Shown: piece after piece, positions 1 to 12,445 of the stretch
Layout: every line of letters starts with the position of its first letter
Position numbering within the stretch: position 1 is the stretch's first letter
Source: Hemiscyllium ocellatum
Lineage: Eukaryota
Length of the DNA: 64,000 nucleotides
Assembly (NCBI RefSeq): GCF_020745735.1
Contig: NC_083419.1
Coordinates: forward strand, 37,036,085-37,100,084
Reading direction: 5' to 3'
Notes under the pieces: generated by a model
Databases searched by the model: none
Told to the model about the DNA's origin: nothing
The model's input: only the letters and a program-made list of their open reading frames with translations
Program-made: the position numbers and the translations under genes

Positions 1-2107
1 AGGGGCACAGCAATCACTTTTCTAGATTCCCACGGAGTTCGAGGGTACACCTGATCACGTTCTGGGGATTTGTCCACTTTTATGTGTTTCAAGACATCAG
101 AACTTGCTCCTCTGTAATATGGACATTTTTCAAGATGCCCCCATCTATCTTCCTACTTTCTATATCTTCCATGTAAACACTGATGCAAAATACTTGTTTA
201 GTAGCTACCCCATCTCCTGCAGCTCCACACAAAGGCTGCCTTGTTGATCTTTGAGGGGGCCTATTCTCTCCCTAGTTACCCTTTTGTCCTTAACGTATTT
301 GTAAAATCCCTCTGGATTCTTCTTAACTCTATTTGCCAAAGCTATCTCATGTCCCCTTCTTGCCCTCTTGATTTTGCTCAAGTATACTCCTACTGCCTTT
401 ATACTCTTCTAGGGATTCACTCAATCTATCCTTCTTTTTATTAACCAAACCCTCAATTTCTTTAGTCACTGGCATTCCCTACACCTACCAGCCTTTCTTT
501 TTACCCTAACAGGTATATACTGTCTCTGGACTCTTGTTATCTCATTTCTGAAGGCTTCCCATTTTCCAGCCGTCCCTTTACCTGCAGACATCTTCCCCCA
601 ATCAGCTTTTGAAAATTCTTGCTGAATACCATCAAAATTAGCCTTCCTCCAACTTAGAACTTAAACTTTAAGATCTGATCTATCCTTTTCCATCACTATT
701 TTAAAACTCATAGAATTGTAGACACTGGCCCCAAAGTGCTCCCCCACTGACACCGCAATCACCTGTCCTGCCTTATTTCCCAAGAGTAGATCAAGTTTTG
801 CATCTTCTCTAGTAGGTTCATCCACATAACTGAATCAGAAAATTTTCTTGTACACTCTTAACAAATTCCTCTCCGTCTAAACCCTAAACATTATGGCAGT
901 CCCAGTCTACGTTTGGAAAGTTAAAATCCCTGACCGTTACCACCCTATTACTCTTACAAATAACTGAAATCATCTTACAAATTTGTTTCTCACTAATAGG
1001 GGCTGACTATTAGGGGGTCTATAATACAATCCCAACAAGGTGATCATCCCTTTCTTATTTCTCAGGTCAACCCAAATAACTTCCTTGGATGTATTTCTGG
1101 GAACATCCTTCTTCAGTACAGCTGTAATGCTATCCCTTATCAAAAATGCCACTCCCCCTCCTCTCGACTCCCTTTCTGTCTTTGTAGCATTTGTATCATG
1201 GAACATTAAGCTGCCAGTCTTGTCCATCCCTGAGCCATGTTTCCGTAATTGCTTTTATATCCCGGTCCCATGTTCCTAACATGCCCTGAGTTCATCTGCC
1301 TTCCCTGTTAAGCCTCTTGCATTGAAATAAATGCAGTTTAATTTCTCAGTCCTACCTTGTTCTCTGCTTTGTCCCTGCCTGCCCTAACTGTTTGGCTTGC
1401 TTCTTTTCTCAATTGTACCAGTCTCAGATTGATCTCTTCCCTCACTATTTCCCTGGGTCCCACCCCCATCCCCTCCCCCTTACTAGTTTAAACCCTCCTG
1501 AGCAGCTATAGTAAATCTCCCTGCCAGGATATTAGTGCCCTTCCAATTCAGGTGCAATCCATCCTTCTTGTACAGGTCACTTCTACCCCAGAAAAGATTT
1601 CAATGATCCAAAAATGTGAATCCTTCTCTCATACAACAGCTCCTCAGCCATGTATTCATCTGCTCTATCCTCCTATTCCAACCCTCACTAGTTCACAGCA
1701 CCAGGAATAATTCAGATATTACTACTCTCGAGGATCACCGTTTTAGATTCCTGTCCCTTCAGAATCTCATCCTTTTCCCTTTCTATGTCATTGGTTCCAA
1801 CATGTACGAAGTCCTCCTGCTGGTCCCTCTCCCCCTTGAGAACATTCTGCACCCTCTCCGAGACATCCTTGATCCTGGCACCAGGGAGGCAACACACCAA
1901 TCTGATTTTTTTTGCTGCTAGCCATGGAAATTTCTGTCTGTGCCTCAGACTAGAGAATGTCCTAACATAATCAATCGCTTGGGATCCGACATACCCCTCA
2001 TTACATTAGAGCCAGTCTCGATACCAGCAACTTGGCTGTTCGTGCTACATTCCCCAGAGAATCCATCACCTTCATATTTTCCAAAACAGCATACTTGTTT
2101 GAAATGA
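1..2107 (-). mobile_element. CR1/HER1-type LINE, 5' part (ORF1 SGNH-esterase remnant and ORF2 APE endonuclease region), decayed; runs off the window start
   Basis: Minus ORFs 1712-1900 (VCCLPGARIKDV...VHVGTNDI, CR1 ORF1 esterase) and 970-1227 (RGGGVAFLIRDSI...LGLYYRPPNS, CR1 endonuclease); closely similar to 19500-21048. Confidence 0.9.
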
Positions 2108-2129
2108 AGTTTGCAGATGACGCGAAGAT

Positions 2130-2420
2130 TGAATCATGGTGTAAAATCCCTAGTCGAGAAAGAAGCCATTCAGTCCATCAAGTCTGCATTGACCCTCCAA
2201 AGACCATCTCACCAGACACAATCTACCACCCTATCCCCATAAGCCTACATATCATGGTAAATCCACCTAGCCTGCATATCCCTGGACGGTGCGGGGCATT
2301 TGTCACAGCCTATCCACCAAGCCTGCACCTGTGAGGAAACTTAAGCACCTGACAGAAATCCACACTGACAGTCACCAAGATTGGAATCAAACCATGCACC
2401 ATGAGGCAGCATGTGCCAAC
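2130..2420 (-). mobile_element. Degenerate HE1/V-SINE-like element
   Basis: Diverged similarity to the SINE copies at 35695-36006 and 61632-61940. Confidence 0.6.
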
Positions 2421-2429
2421 CCTATCAAC

Positions 2430-3610
2430 CAGCTAATGGGGACGAAGTGATTAGGTTACAGGAGGATATAAATGAATTGATCAGATTGACAAATCAGTGG
2501 CAGATGAAATGTAACCCTGCAAAATATGAGGTGATGCACTTACGATGATGGAACAAGGCAGGGAAGTACACAGTGAATGGCAAGCTCAGAGGAACAGAGA
2601 GATCTTGGGGTTGAAACCTATGGAATACTGAGAGGCTTGGATAGAGTGGACACAGTAGGAAAAACGAGGACCTGAGGGCATAGTCTCAGAGTGAAGGGAT
2701 GACCCTTTAGAACAGAGATGGCGAGGAAATGTTTCAGTCAGAGGGTGGTTAATCTATGCAACTCCTGGTCATACAGAGCTGTGGTGACCAAGTCACTACA
2801 TGCATTTACAACAGATTGATATGTTGGTAAGAGGTGCAAGGGTTATGGGGAGAAAGCAGGAGAATAGGTTGAGAAACATACGAACCATGATCAAATCACA
2901 GATCAGACAATGAGTCAAATGGCTGAATTCTGCTCCTATATCTTATTGTCTTGGGTTGCTTGACCACAGATCCTTGAAGGTAGCATGATAGGTTAATAGG
3001 ATAGTAAATAAAGCATATAGGGTGCTTGCGTTTATCAGTGATGGCATAGGTTATAGGAGCAGGAAGGTCACGTTGGGCTGTACAGAACTTCGGTTAGGCA
3101 ACAGCTGGAGTGCTGTTTACAGTTCTGCTCAACATACCATAGGCCGGATGTGATTGCACTGGAGGGGGTGCAAAGGAGATTCACCAGGACGTTGCCTGGG
3201 ATGGAACATTTCAGATATGAAGAGAGGCTGTATATTCTCTGTCTTTGGAACAGAAAAGGTTGAGGGGGTGCCTAAGAGAGATATAAAAGACTGAGGGGCA
3301 TGGACATATAGTTAATTGAAAGCATTTGTTCACTTAGCTCAAGGGTCAGTATCAAAGGGACACAATTTCAAAAAGACAGGAGATTGAGATGAGATTTGAG
3401 GAAAAGCTTTTCATCCAGAAGGTGGTGGGCGGCTGGAATGCATCGCCTGAGAGGTAGTTGTGGTGGAAAATCTCAACTTTCAAAAATTACTTGAGTGAGC
3501 ACTGGGAAGTGTCATAGGATTTAAGGCATGAAAGTGGGTCAAATGTAGGTAGTATCGTGCAGTACAAACTTCATAGGTTTGAAGGGCCTCTTCTGTACTG
3601 TATGATTCTA
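2430..3610 (+). mobile_element. CR1 3' portion with a second CR1 3' fragment (about 2614-2948) nested inside it
   Basis: CR1 ORF2 C-terminal-like sequence; the nested piece is flanked by near-identical TCTTGGGGTTG (2603-2613) and TCTTGGGTTG (2949-2958). Confidence 0.7.
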
Positions 3611-3619
3611 ACAACAGTT

Positions 3620-5150
3620 TTCCGTAAGCTTATAAACAGTGGGCAGACCAAATGGAAGATGTACTTATCAAGGCAGAGCATCGCTAGCCAAATGACTAAA
3701 TTAATATTTACATCCATTTTTACCAGGGATCATGATGCTGCCAGTCATATTAAAAGAAAAGGTAGTTGAGATGTTGAATGATCTAAAGATCAATAGAGAA
3801 TACTAGAGAAACAAGTCACCATTTAAAGTTGATATGTCATTAGGATGACATAGCTTGCAATAAAAAACTCAGAGATAAGGAACTTGCAAAAGTATTAACC
3901 AATAATCTTCCAACCCTCTTTAGACACAGAGGCCATACCAGAGGACTGGGAAATTGCAAATATTACACTCTTGTTCAAGAAATAGTGCAAGGATGAACTC
4001 AGCAACTACAGATTAATCACCGATTGCAACTGTGGGAAGGCTTTTAGAAATAATAATCCAGGATAAAACTCATTTACATTGTCTTGTGAAATCAAAAAAG
4101 ATTTGCCTTTAATAAATCTGCTTAACTAGATTGATCTTTTATAAAAGAAACAAGTAAACAGGATTGAAAAGGATAATGCAGTTGATGTAGTGTACACAAA
4201 CTTCAAAAGAAAAGGGTCTGAAAGAAGAACATGGGATAAAAGGAGCATAGATAAAAAGTTGGCTGAATGTCAAGTGAATGGATTAGTTGTTTAGCCAGAC
4301 CAGGTGGTGATTATACAGTGGGGGTTTTCAAGGGTCAGTATGAGTTCCAGTACTGATTTTATAATAACCAAAGTCGTGTACAAAATTTACAATACTTCCA
4401 AGTTTTGTAAACTGCAAGGATAATGGTTATCTGTAAGAAGGGAGGCTGATGAAATTGGTGAATCTGCGACAAATGAAACTTCATGCAGAGAAGTGTTAAG
4501 TGATACATTTTGGTGGGAAGAACAAGGACAGGCAACAAAAATAGGTACAATTTTAAAGCTATATAAGAATAGATCTGGGATAATGCAAGAAGACAAAGTA
4601 TTGAGTTCATAAGAAAAAAGTATCTTTATAAGACATTTTTCTTTTGGCCTCAATTTTAGGCACTTCAGTTTGAGGGAGGATATGAAGGCCTTGGACAGAG
4701 TGCAAATAAGATTCAGAAAAAAAAACTGTTAGAGAGAAGAATCTCTAGTTACATAAGCAAATTGGAGATACTGTGTTTGTGTTTGTTCTTTTTCACGAAG
4801 AGATTATATGGATTTCAAATCGTAAGCAATATAGATGGATTGCGTGAAAGCATCATGACAACTGGTCATCAATTTAAGGTTTACAGTGTCAAAAGTAATG
4901 ACAGCAGGTTTTCTTCCCCCCCCCCACCCCACTCCCACACAAATATGCACCAAGAGTTGAGGATTTCAAATTTAAGTGCCTGAAAATGGAGGATCCAAAT
5001 TCGATTGTGGCTTTCAAAAGGGAAGTAAATAATGATCTAAAAGATAAAAATTTGTAAGGGTATAAAGAAAGAAACTCAGAACTGCTCTTGCAAAAAGCTG
5101 GCACATGTGTAAAACGTTCTTGTCCTTTACCTATTCAATGATCTATAACC
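3620..5150 (+). mobile_element. Old, heavily decayed CR1 ORF2 (RT region to 3' end)
   Basis: Decayed CR1 motifs (ccagaggactgggaaattgcaaatattacactcttgttcaag = PEDWEIANITLLFK; cagttgatgtagtgtac; agggtcagta). Confidence 0.7.
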
Positions 5151-6685
5151 GAATAGTGTAGAGGTAGCTATAAAAATAGCCAAGTCCCCTCTTCACATTT
5201 AAATTAATTCAAAAGAATAACTGACTAGGGGAAAGTGTTCATTTGAAACAAATGAGGTTTTAGCAACTGAATTTATTTAACAAATGCTTTTTGGAAAAGT
5301 GCAAGACATTCTGGACACAGGTTTCACAAATTTTAATAAACTAACGGAGTCTACACATCCGCAACGCAAAAACAAGTCAGTATAATAATATTGCACACAT
5401 GACAGTACGCAGTGCTTTACCTGCAATTTGAAGACAATGACATGAGGTAATTAGATCTTACAAACTCTACAATAATCAAAAAGATAGTAGAGACACATAC
5501 GGCAGGATAAACAAGTGATCAGAATATAACGGAAAAGGAATTGTGTGGAATATTGAAAGATACAAGTTTGTGGAATACCCAGGGTAGAGGTAAGTGGAGA
5601 ATAATTAATCATTATCATTTCGAAAGCATTTAACTCTGTTAGCCTTTCAATGTTAGCTGCTGTGTTACAGAAGTCCAAAAAGAACAAAGGTCTGGTGCTT
5701 CCTCTCATTTATCATATTTCAAATGTTTTTATAATTACAAAGAATTTAAGGTGTTTATAAGAGATGAGATAGTTCAAACTAAATTCAAAGTACTAAATTT
5801 AAAAAAGCAACCTTATTTAGCACCAAATAGAATTATGCACACTGTATTTTGATAAATTTTGCAGGAATTAAGCTTTTAAATGTTTACCTTCAACTATATA
5901 TCACAATATCTACACTGAAGTTAACAAACTTTAAGTTTCGAGAATCTCCATACCAACACAAAATATACAATGTAACAATTCTGGTTCAAATTTAGAGCCA
6001 ATCCTCAAACTGCTTTTCACAACCTTCTTTTCAACCAAAAATTCAAAATCTCTGAATAACACAAGCTAAAATCTTATTCAACCATAAAGACAGCTAAACA
6101 GAGAAACCAAAGCAATAAATAAGGCATGGGTTTATTACTGATACTGTTAAAACTGAATTATGACTGATTGAAGGATGCCATGTAGAAATTGTATTAAGGA
6201 AATTGATATATAATCAAGTAAGATTAGCTGAGTACAGCACTCTGCCTTCACTAGCCATGACAAGATGCAAGATCTGTCTTCAAATAAAATTAAACAATTT
6301 TGAACATTAAGACTAAACAATTGCATAAACTGCGTAAAGCATAACATGTTACAGAATAACCTGTTTCACCACTTTTTCATTCAAACCTGTTGCTTTACCT
6401 CCTGTGCTAGCTCATACATCATTACTATTGCTTTGTAATTATTAAATATATGCTTGAAATTACTAAGCTAGAAAATGGTGACTGTAAAGGCTAAATACAG
6501 TTTCTAGCTGAAATTAGCCCATTGCACCCAAGAAGTCTGGAAGGTTTACAAAGACTGACAGGAAAGCATTATTTTTTTTGTGCAACTCAACTCATTTTGC
6601 CTTTCTTGACACTTCTGCCTGGGAACAGGCCATGACAAAGATGCCAAGTAAACCATGCTGACATATTCGTATACATTTAGCAAGT

Positions 6686-7125
6686 TTATGGCACTGAACA
6701 GTCTGTGTACGTGGTCACCATGTTTCCTCTGCGCTGTGTAACAGTCTTGCAGTGCTGCTTGCCGGAGTTTTGGAACTTCTCAGTTCTCACTGTGTGTTTG
6801 TGAGTGCTGCCAAAACTGCTGAATGAGAACATCTTTTCCATGTCTTCAAATACATCATCGAACAATCCACCTCCAAAAGGAAATTGTCTATCTCCAAAGG
6901 CAAATTTGTGTGCATTGTGTCCCTCCTGGTGTGCCCTGAAGTGACTATCAAAATGTTTTTTATGATGTGTTCTGTGGCCCAAGTCAAAGTCAAAATCTTT
7001 AAGGAAGTCATCAAAGTTGAAATTGAAAGAATGGGCACGATGGCCACCATTGCCTGCATTAAAAAACTGATGACCCATGTGATCATATTCTTTCCTTTTC
7101 TTCTCATCCGAAAGGACTTCATATG
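6686..7125 (-). CDS. DNAJB9: DnaJ homolog subfamily B member 9 (ERdj4), last coding exon
   Basis: Acceptor ttttgttttgcag|CA at 7125; AYEVLSDEKKRKEYD (end of J domain), G/F-rich region, HCKTVTQRRGNMVTTYTDCS C-terminus typical of DNAJB9; stop at 6686. Confidence 0.97.
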
Positions 7126-7909
7126 CTGCAAAACAAAATGCTAATCTTATTGAAAGCAGACAAGTTGCAATAATGAACAGCAATGTACCAAAGAAAGCAA
7201 TCTTAAAACGCTGACCAAATTATTACGGAAAGACGTAGATTTAAAGCGAGGCGTTAAAAGGGGAGAGCAAAACAAAAATCACTAAGCAACAGAATTTCAT
7301 AGCATGACATTAAGCTGCCAAAGGGACAGCCCAGAACAGTGAGGTGAAGTGACTAGAAGAAATAACACATAGACGTGTCAGTGAGGTGAAGGTTAGCTGA
7401 CAGAGGTGAGAAATAACATGTGAAAAAGGCTACTAAAGGATTCAAATTCAGATACAAGGATGATCATTTTTAAAATGGATGCATTATGGGAATAGTAGTT
7501 AACAGATCAATAAAGACAAGAAGTGAAAAGCTTATGGGTCCTAGAATGGGACAAATACAGCAGGATATTAACTATAGCTTACAATGGTAGAACAGGTTTC
7601 ATACTTGGAGATGACTAAAGACATGGAAGAAGAGTTCAGGTGAGGCAGATAAGATGATATGGTTACAATGGTGTATATAAGCTTTCTTTCTTGTCAAAGT
7701 CAGATGCTTAATTCACTATTAAGTAAGATGCCAAAATCATGAAAAGTCTGGTGCATCTTGAGATATAGGCTGAAAAAGGAGAACGGTCTAATTGGCAAAG
7801 GTAACAATTATAGTAAGAGCTAAAGAAAATAGCTGTTTTTCTAATGAACAAACTACAGAAACATAGACAGATAAATTAAAATAATCACAAAGACGTCTAA
7901 TCCACTTAC

Positions 7910-8126
7910 CTTCAGCAATTTCTCTGAACTTCGTCTCTGCATCCGGACTTTTATTTTTATCTGGATGGTATTTCATTGCAAGCTTGTGAAATGCTTTCTT
8001 AATCTGACGGTCAGATGAATTTTTTGGCACCCCCAAAATTTCATAATAATCCTTCTTTGCCAGTATGAATTCAGATATCATTAGAAAACAGACAGCAAAG
8101 GCAAAAACAGAGTGCGCTGCTGCCAT
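7910..8126 (-). CDS. DNAJB9: DNAJB9 first coding exon (signal peptide and J domain with HPD)
   Basis: ATG at 8126 (acceptor ttttctag|G at 8138); [33 protein letters not shown]...KYHPDKNK; donor G|GTAAGT at 7910/7909, phase 1, joins the next exon in frame (about 218 aa total). Confidence 0.97.
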
Positions 8127-8514
8127 TGTCAATACTTCCTAGAAAATATAAAGACATACATTATATTTACACTAATGTTAATGTATTTCAATGTTACAAA
8201 CTTCATTACAGCAAAGATCCCCTTCAGTAAGGCTTGAAATTTCCAAAATCTCATTCAGATTGGCATGGAAGGCAATATAAATGTTCAATTTCTTGGGAGA
8301 CTCATTTGCATTTTGAAAATTAAACAAAGCATGAAGCAAGGTAACAGTGGGAGGCGAAGTACACAGCACCATCTGACCACGTAGTGCAGATTTTGCCGGG
8401 AAAAAAAATGATAATTACAATCAAGACTCTCAAAACTGCAAATATCAGGTGGCCTTGCCCCTACATTTTTAAGCCTAAGTTTATGTCAACCCAGCATTTG
8501 TCTATATGCATAGA

Positions 8515-8610
8515 GAAATTAGAGTTAACATTTCAGGTCCAGTGACCATTCTTCAGAAGATGATACCAGACCTGCTGAGTTTCCCCAGCAATTTACGTTT
8601 TTATTTTAAA
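8515..8610 (-). mobile_element. Short Penelope-type terminal repeat (family D) with a decayed hammerhead motif
   Basis: Minus strand of 8521-8558 reads ttCTGAAGAatggtcactggacctGAAAtgttaactct; related sequence at about 40190-40310. Confidence 0.5.
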
Positions 8611-10285
8611 CCACAGTTCTTCTGGTTTATTACATAGTACACTTGTGCAAGGATCAGACGAAACTGTGTAAATAATTACTTGAGGGTTCTGACAGAATAC
8701 ACATTGAAAGTTCTCAAATTAATCAAGAAAATATTAATATTTCAGCTGTTATCAGTTACTTGCAAGTTCCCTTCTAAAGATGTCACGCACACCACCAATT
8801 TTCAAGAAATTCCAAAATGTCATCATAAATAGGAATACAATACACACATGTACATTTCCTTGTACACATTAATGTTAGAAAGTCTGAATGATCTTGACTC
8901 CCAGATTAACTATGCTGAATTCAGTATTACTTTACAGTAAGCCATATTCATCATTAACCTGCAGAATTGCAAAAATCACTAGCCCAATGACAGAAAAAAA
9001 TAGTGCCAAGTGAATCATCCCCAAAAGAATTTTTGTGCTTTACCACTTGTCCCAGAAGACTTTTTTTATTTCAATTAGCATTTTTGTAGCAACCTCTGGT
9101 ACAACAGTATTTTTTGCTGGGGTTGGTGCTTATTAGTATAATTCAAGTGAAATACTTCTCAGCGAGTGTGAAACATGCACAGTTCTACTGAATAACAATG
9201 TGATGTCTCTTCTCAATGGAGGGGAAAGCGTTATCATCGATTTTTCTGCTTTGCATTTTCCAACTGATTTCAGGAATACTGATAGGATAGGCAATAACGT
9301 CACCCTACTTATTCCAAAAAAGGCTCTCTGCTAGGCCTGACGATTCTTTAACATCGTTGGACAGTAAAAAGCTCCCAGACAGAATTCAATTTAAAATGAG
9401 GCTGTTCATTTGTCCCGGTAATGTCAGTTACACATCTACCTCTCAAACATCAACAGACGTTCACTTACACCCTGGATAATCACTAACAACTCAATCTAAT
9501 TGAGTTCAGTAGTCTGCGTTATTTTAAAAACAAGAACGGAGACTTTGATAACATTTTGCCAATACAAAGGGCACAACTTAAAAATACATCATTCGTGTCG
9601 TGCTAAAAACTCAACTTGTTTTGTAACTGATCATTGCTTGTAACAGACTCGATTGTCAAAACAATGGCTGTCGAATACAATATGACATCCATAAAGTGCA
9701 AAAAAAATCACATTTCAACCAGAGAACCAAAGGTCAGTCAGTGGGCACTCCACACGTTTGGTTGGGTCTTCGGTGAAGGTGGATCCGTTTCTTTGCCAAA
9801 TTTCTTTTGCAAACAAATTCCAACCATTCCCATTACCTTCAGAAAGTAAAATTTTAACCAAATTAGGCGATAGAAAGTGCTTTTAGAGTTAACGATTTTT
9901 CTCACACTTTCACGTCGTGGTGTCGTGAAAATGAGTGGCACAGGAAAGCTGCAATTTTCAGCAACACAACTTGACGATACCACGAACCCGCTTTATTGCT
10001 CTGCTGATGCGACGGCTTTGAAACACTCAACCTGACTACAAGCCTGACGCCGGCCGTGCAAATTCGCCATCAACCACTCTCCCTCCACCACCGGGGCTTT
10101 CTTATAGCAGTCTTACGCAGAGGAGGGAGAGCACACGAAAGTAAACACTTGTACGATTCACAAATAAGAAAGCAGTAAAATGTAGTTAAATAAAAACCTG
10201 AAGGGAAGTACAAAGAAAGCGAAACAGATTTGATTAATTTAAGGAGCAATCTGAGAGGCCTAGTCTATTTGTTAGAAGCACTCAC

Positions 10286-10345
10286 CGTGAGCAGCTGTGC
10301 CCACTCCGCACAGAACGGCAGGAACCACCCTGCACTCTTACATCG
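10286..10345 (-). other. DNAJB9: Probable non-coding first exon of DNAJB9 (5' boundary uncertain)
   Basis: Strong donor ACG|GTGAGT at 10286/10285, just downstream of the CpG-rich promoter. Confidence 0.65.
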
Positions 10346-10505
10346 CGTTCTAGAACCCCTTCCACCACGAATCACTCGCTCATTGGCTATCTGCACGCTG
10401 CGTCACTAACCTAGCTCGATACCGTGTTCTTTGTGATTTCACTTCCGCATTTAGGGCTCCTGCGCGTTCCGGTCTTCGCCACAGCCTTGGTTGTGTCACA
10501 ACGAA
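10330..10505. promoter_or_regulatory. Bidirectional CpG-rich promoter shared by DNAJB9 and THAP5
   Basis: CpG cluster between divergent genes; CCAAT box (ATTGG 10382-10386), CRE-like TGCGTCA 10399-10405, ETS-like ACTTCCGC at 10441 and TTCCGG at 10467, palindrome GTTCTAGAAC 10347-10356. Confidence 0.8.
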
Positions 10506-10588
10506 ATGCCTAGGTATTGCGCGGTTGCTTGCTGCTCTAATCGAAGTGGCCAGTTGTCATCTGATAATCAGAAGTTGGGCTTCTACCC
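10506..10588 (+). CDS. THAP5: THAP domain-containing protein 5, exon 1 (missed by the ORF track)
   Basis: MPRYCAVACCSNRSGQLSSDNQKLGFYP matches the THAP5 N-terminus (MPRYC..CC.N...FYP); donor CC|GTAAGT. Confidence 0.95.
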
Positions 10589-10849
10589 GTAAGTAGAAAC
10601 AGGCTGAAACATCACCGCCCATGATGCCACTGAAAAATCGAGAATCCTGAGGTCCAACGTACATACAACACCAAGTTTCAGAAGAATATAATTAGGAAAT
10701 ACTAATTAGAATACAACAACTTTGCTTTATTAAAGTCTAGATGGAAAGATAGCTAACACTTTTCGTGTTTTGCATGCACTGAAAAAGTAGAAATTACAGG
10801 GTAAGTCTCAATTCCAGATGTGCAGTCAATCCAAACTAATCTATGCACT

Positions 10850-10942
10850 ATTCTGGATCAGTGGTGCTGGAAGAGCACAGCAGTTGAGGCAGCATCCAAC
10901 GAGCAGTGAAATCGACGTTTCGAGCAAAAGCCCTTCGTCAAG
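10850..10942 (-). mobile_element. Penelope-type terminal repeat fragment (family A variant) in THAP5 intron 1
   Basis: Minus strand ttgacgaagggcttttgctcgaaacgtcgatttc...ggatgctgcc, similar to 24286-24410. Confidence 0.65.
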
Positions 10943-11469
10943 CAGATAGTCAGTGGCATTGCTGACAAGCCAGTCAGAGTCATTGTCCCATGCTTTATAA
11001 TTAATAATATGTAATTCAGGTTATTGATATGTCATTTTTTAATTATTGAGTATTGGTGGGGTTTGGGGGCTGGAGATCTACATGTACATATTTATATGAG
11101 GAGGAATGCACATTCAGGGTAGGTTAGTTAGTCAAAGAGAACCATATAAAAGAACGTGTTGGAGGTAAGAAGACCAAAAAAGATTGTAGAACACAGTGAA
11201 TTACAAGCACAAAACAATCACACAACACCAGGTTATAGTCCTACATGTTTAACTGGAAGCACACTAGCTTCCGGAGCGACACTCCTTCATCACAAAGCTC
11301 CAAAGCACAAAAGAGGTGAGGTTGCAGGTGTAGGGAACAGCAAGAGAGCAGACACAGGAGGAAACAGAAAAAAGTATTTCATGTGGGAACAGAACTCAAG
11401 CTCCATTCGAACTAATGCTCCCAATATATAACTGTAACTTGTACTGATTCTTCATGTCAAAGGTGTGAT

Positions 11470-12445
11470 ATATCTCAAGGCACATGAATAAAATTTCACA
11501 CCTAGCCATATGTCAAATAGATAACACAAAGTCTTATCAAAGGGATAGGTTGTAACATATATCTTGAAGGACAATAGAAAGGTTTATACAGGACTTCCAG
11601 AGTTTAAGGCCATGGCAGCTGAAGACATAGCCACAAAAATTAGGAACGGTGAAGAGGGCGGAATTGGAGAAAGACAAACATCTTAGGAGATTAGAACTTG
11701 TTCGAGGAAAAGTATGAGTGAAGTCATGGAGGCTTTTGAAAAGAGGTATTAGACATTTAAAATGAAGATGTGGAGGTGCGGGTGTTGGACTGGGGTGCAC
11801 CAAGTTAAAAATCACACAACACCAGGTTATAGTCCAACAGCTTTGTTGAAAGTACAAGAGCGCTGCTCCTTCATTAGGTGGCGAGTGGGGCAGGATCATA
11901 GGACACAGAATTTATAGTAAAAGATCAAAGTGTCATACAACTGGTGCGATATATTGAACAAAGCTAGATTGCTGTCAACTTTTATAAAATCTTTAAGTTA
12001 TCTTGGGACTGATTTGAAAGAAGTTCTGGGATTTACATATTAATGAAAGCTTGCATTCCCATTTTAAGTGATTAAAGACTTGACAGCAATCTAGGTTTGT
12101 TCAATACATTGCATCAGTTGTGTGACACTTTGCTCTTTTACTATAAATTTTGTGTCCTGTGATCCTGCCCCACTAGTTACCTGACAAAGGAGCAGCACTA
12201 CATAAGCTTGTACTTCTAAATAAGCCTGTTGATTTAAAATCAAGGCAATGCTTCAACAGGCATCAATGTAGATCGAGTAATAAAGGGTTGATGGGTGCAT
12301 GGGATTTAATAAGAATCAGAGCACAGGCAGGAGAATTTTGGATCATGTCAAGTTTAAGCTGGATAGAATACAGGAGGCTGCCCAAATTTGCATTGCTTTA
12401 GTAGATTCTAGAGGTAACAATAGCACAGAAAAAGATTTCAACACC
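11470..12445 (-). mobile_element. L2-like LINE 3' fragment interrupted by a fold-back element
   Basis: Minus ORF piece HFKCLIPLFKSLHD...LRCLSFSNSALFTVP...FSCHGLKLWKS resembles the L2 ORF2 C-terminus; sequence resumes after 12232. Confidence 0.6.
11764..12231. mobile_element. Penelope-derived fold-back element (family B), about 145-bp inverted arms
   Basis: 11835-11978 is the reverse complement of about 12080-12231; flanked by the duplicated ATTTAAAAT. Confidence 0.8.

Noticed and set aside
7788-8132. ORF-track DNAJB9 starting at TTG and reading on to 7788
   Set aside because: The true ATG is at 8126 and the frame crosses a consensus donor at 7909; the extension is intronic
10360-10390. Canonical ERSE or ERSE-II in the DNAJB9 promoter
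   Set aside because: CCACG and CCAAT are present but spacing and orientation match neither CCAAT-N9-CCACG nor ATTGG-N-CCACG
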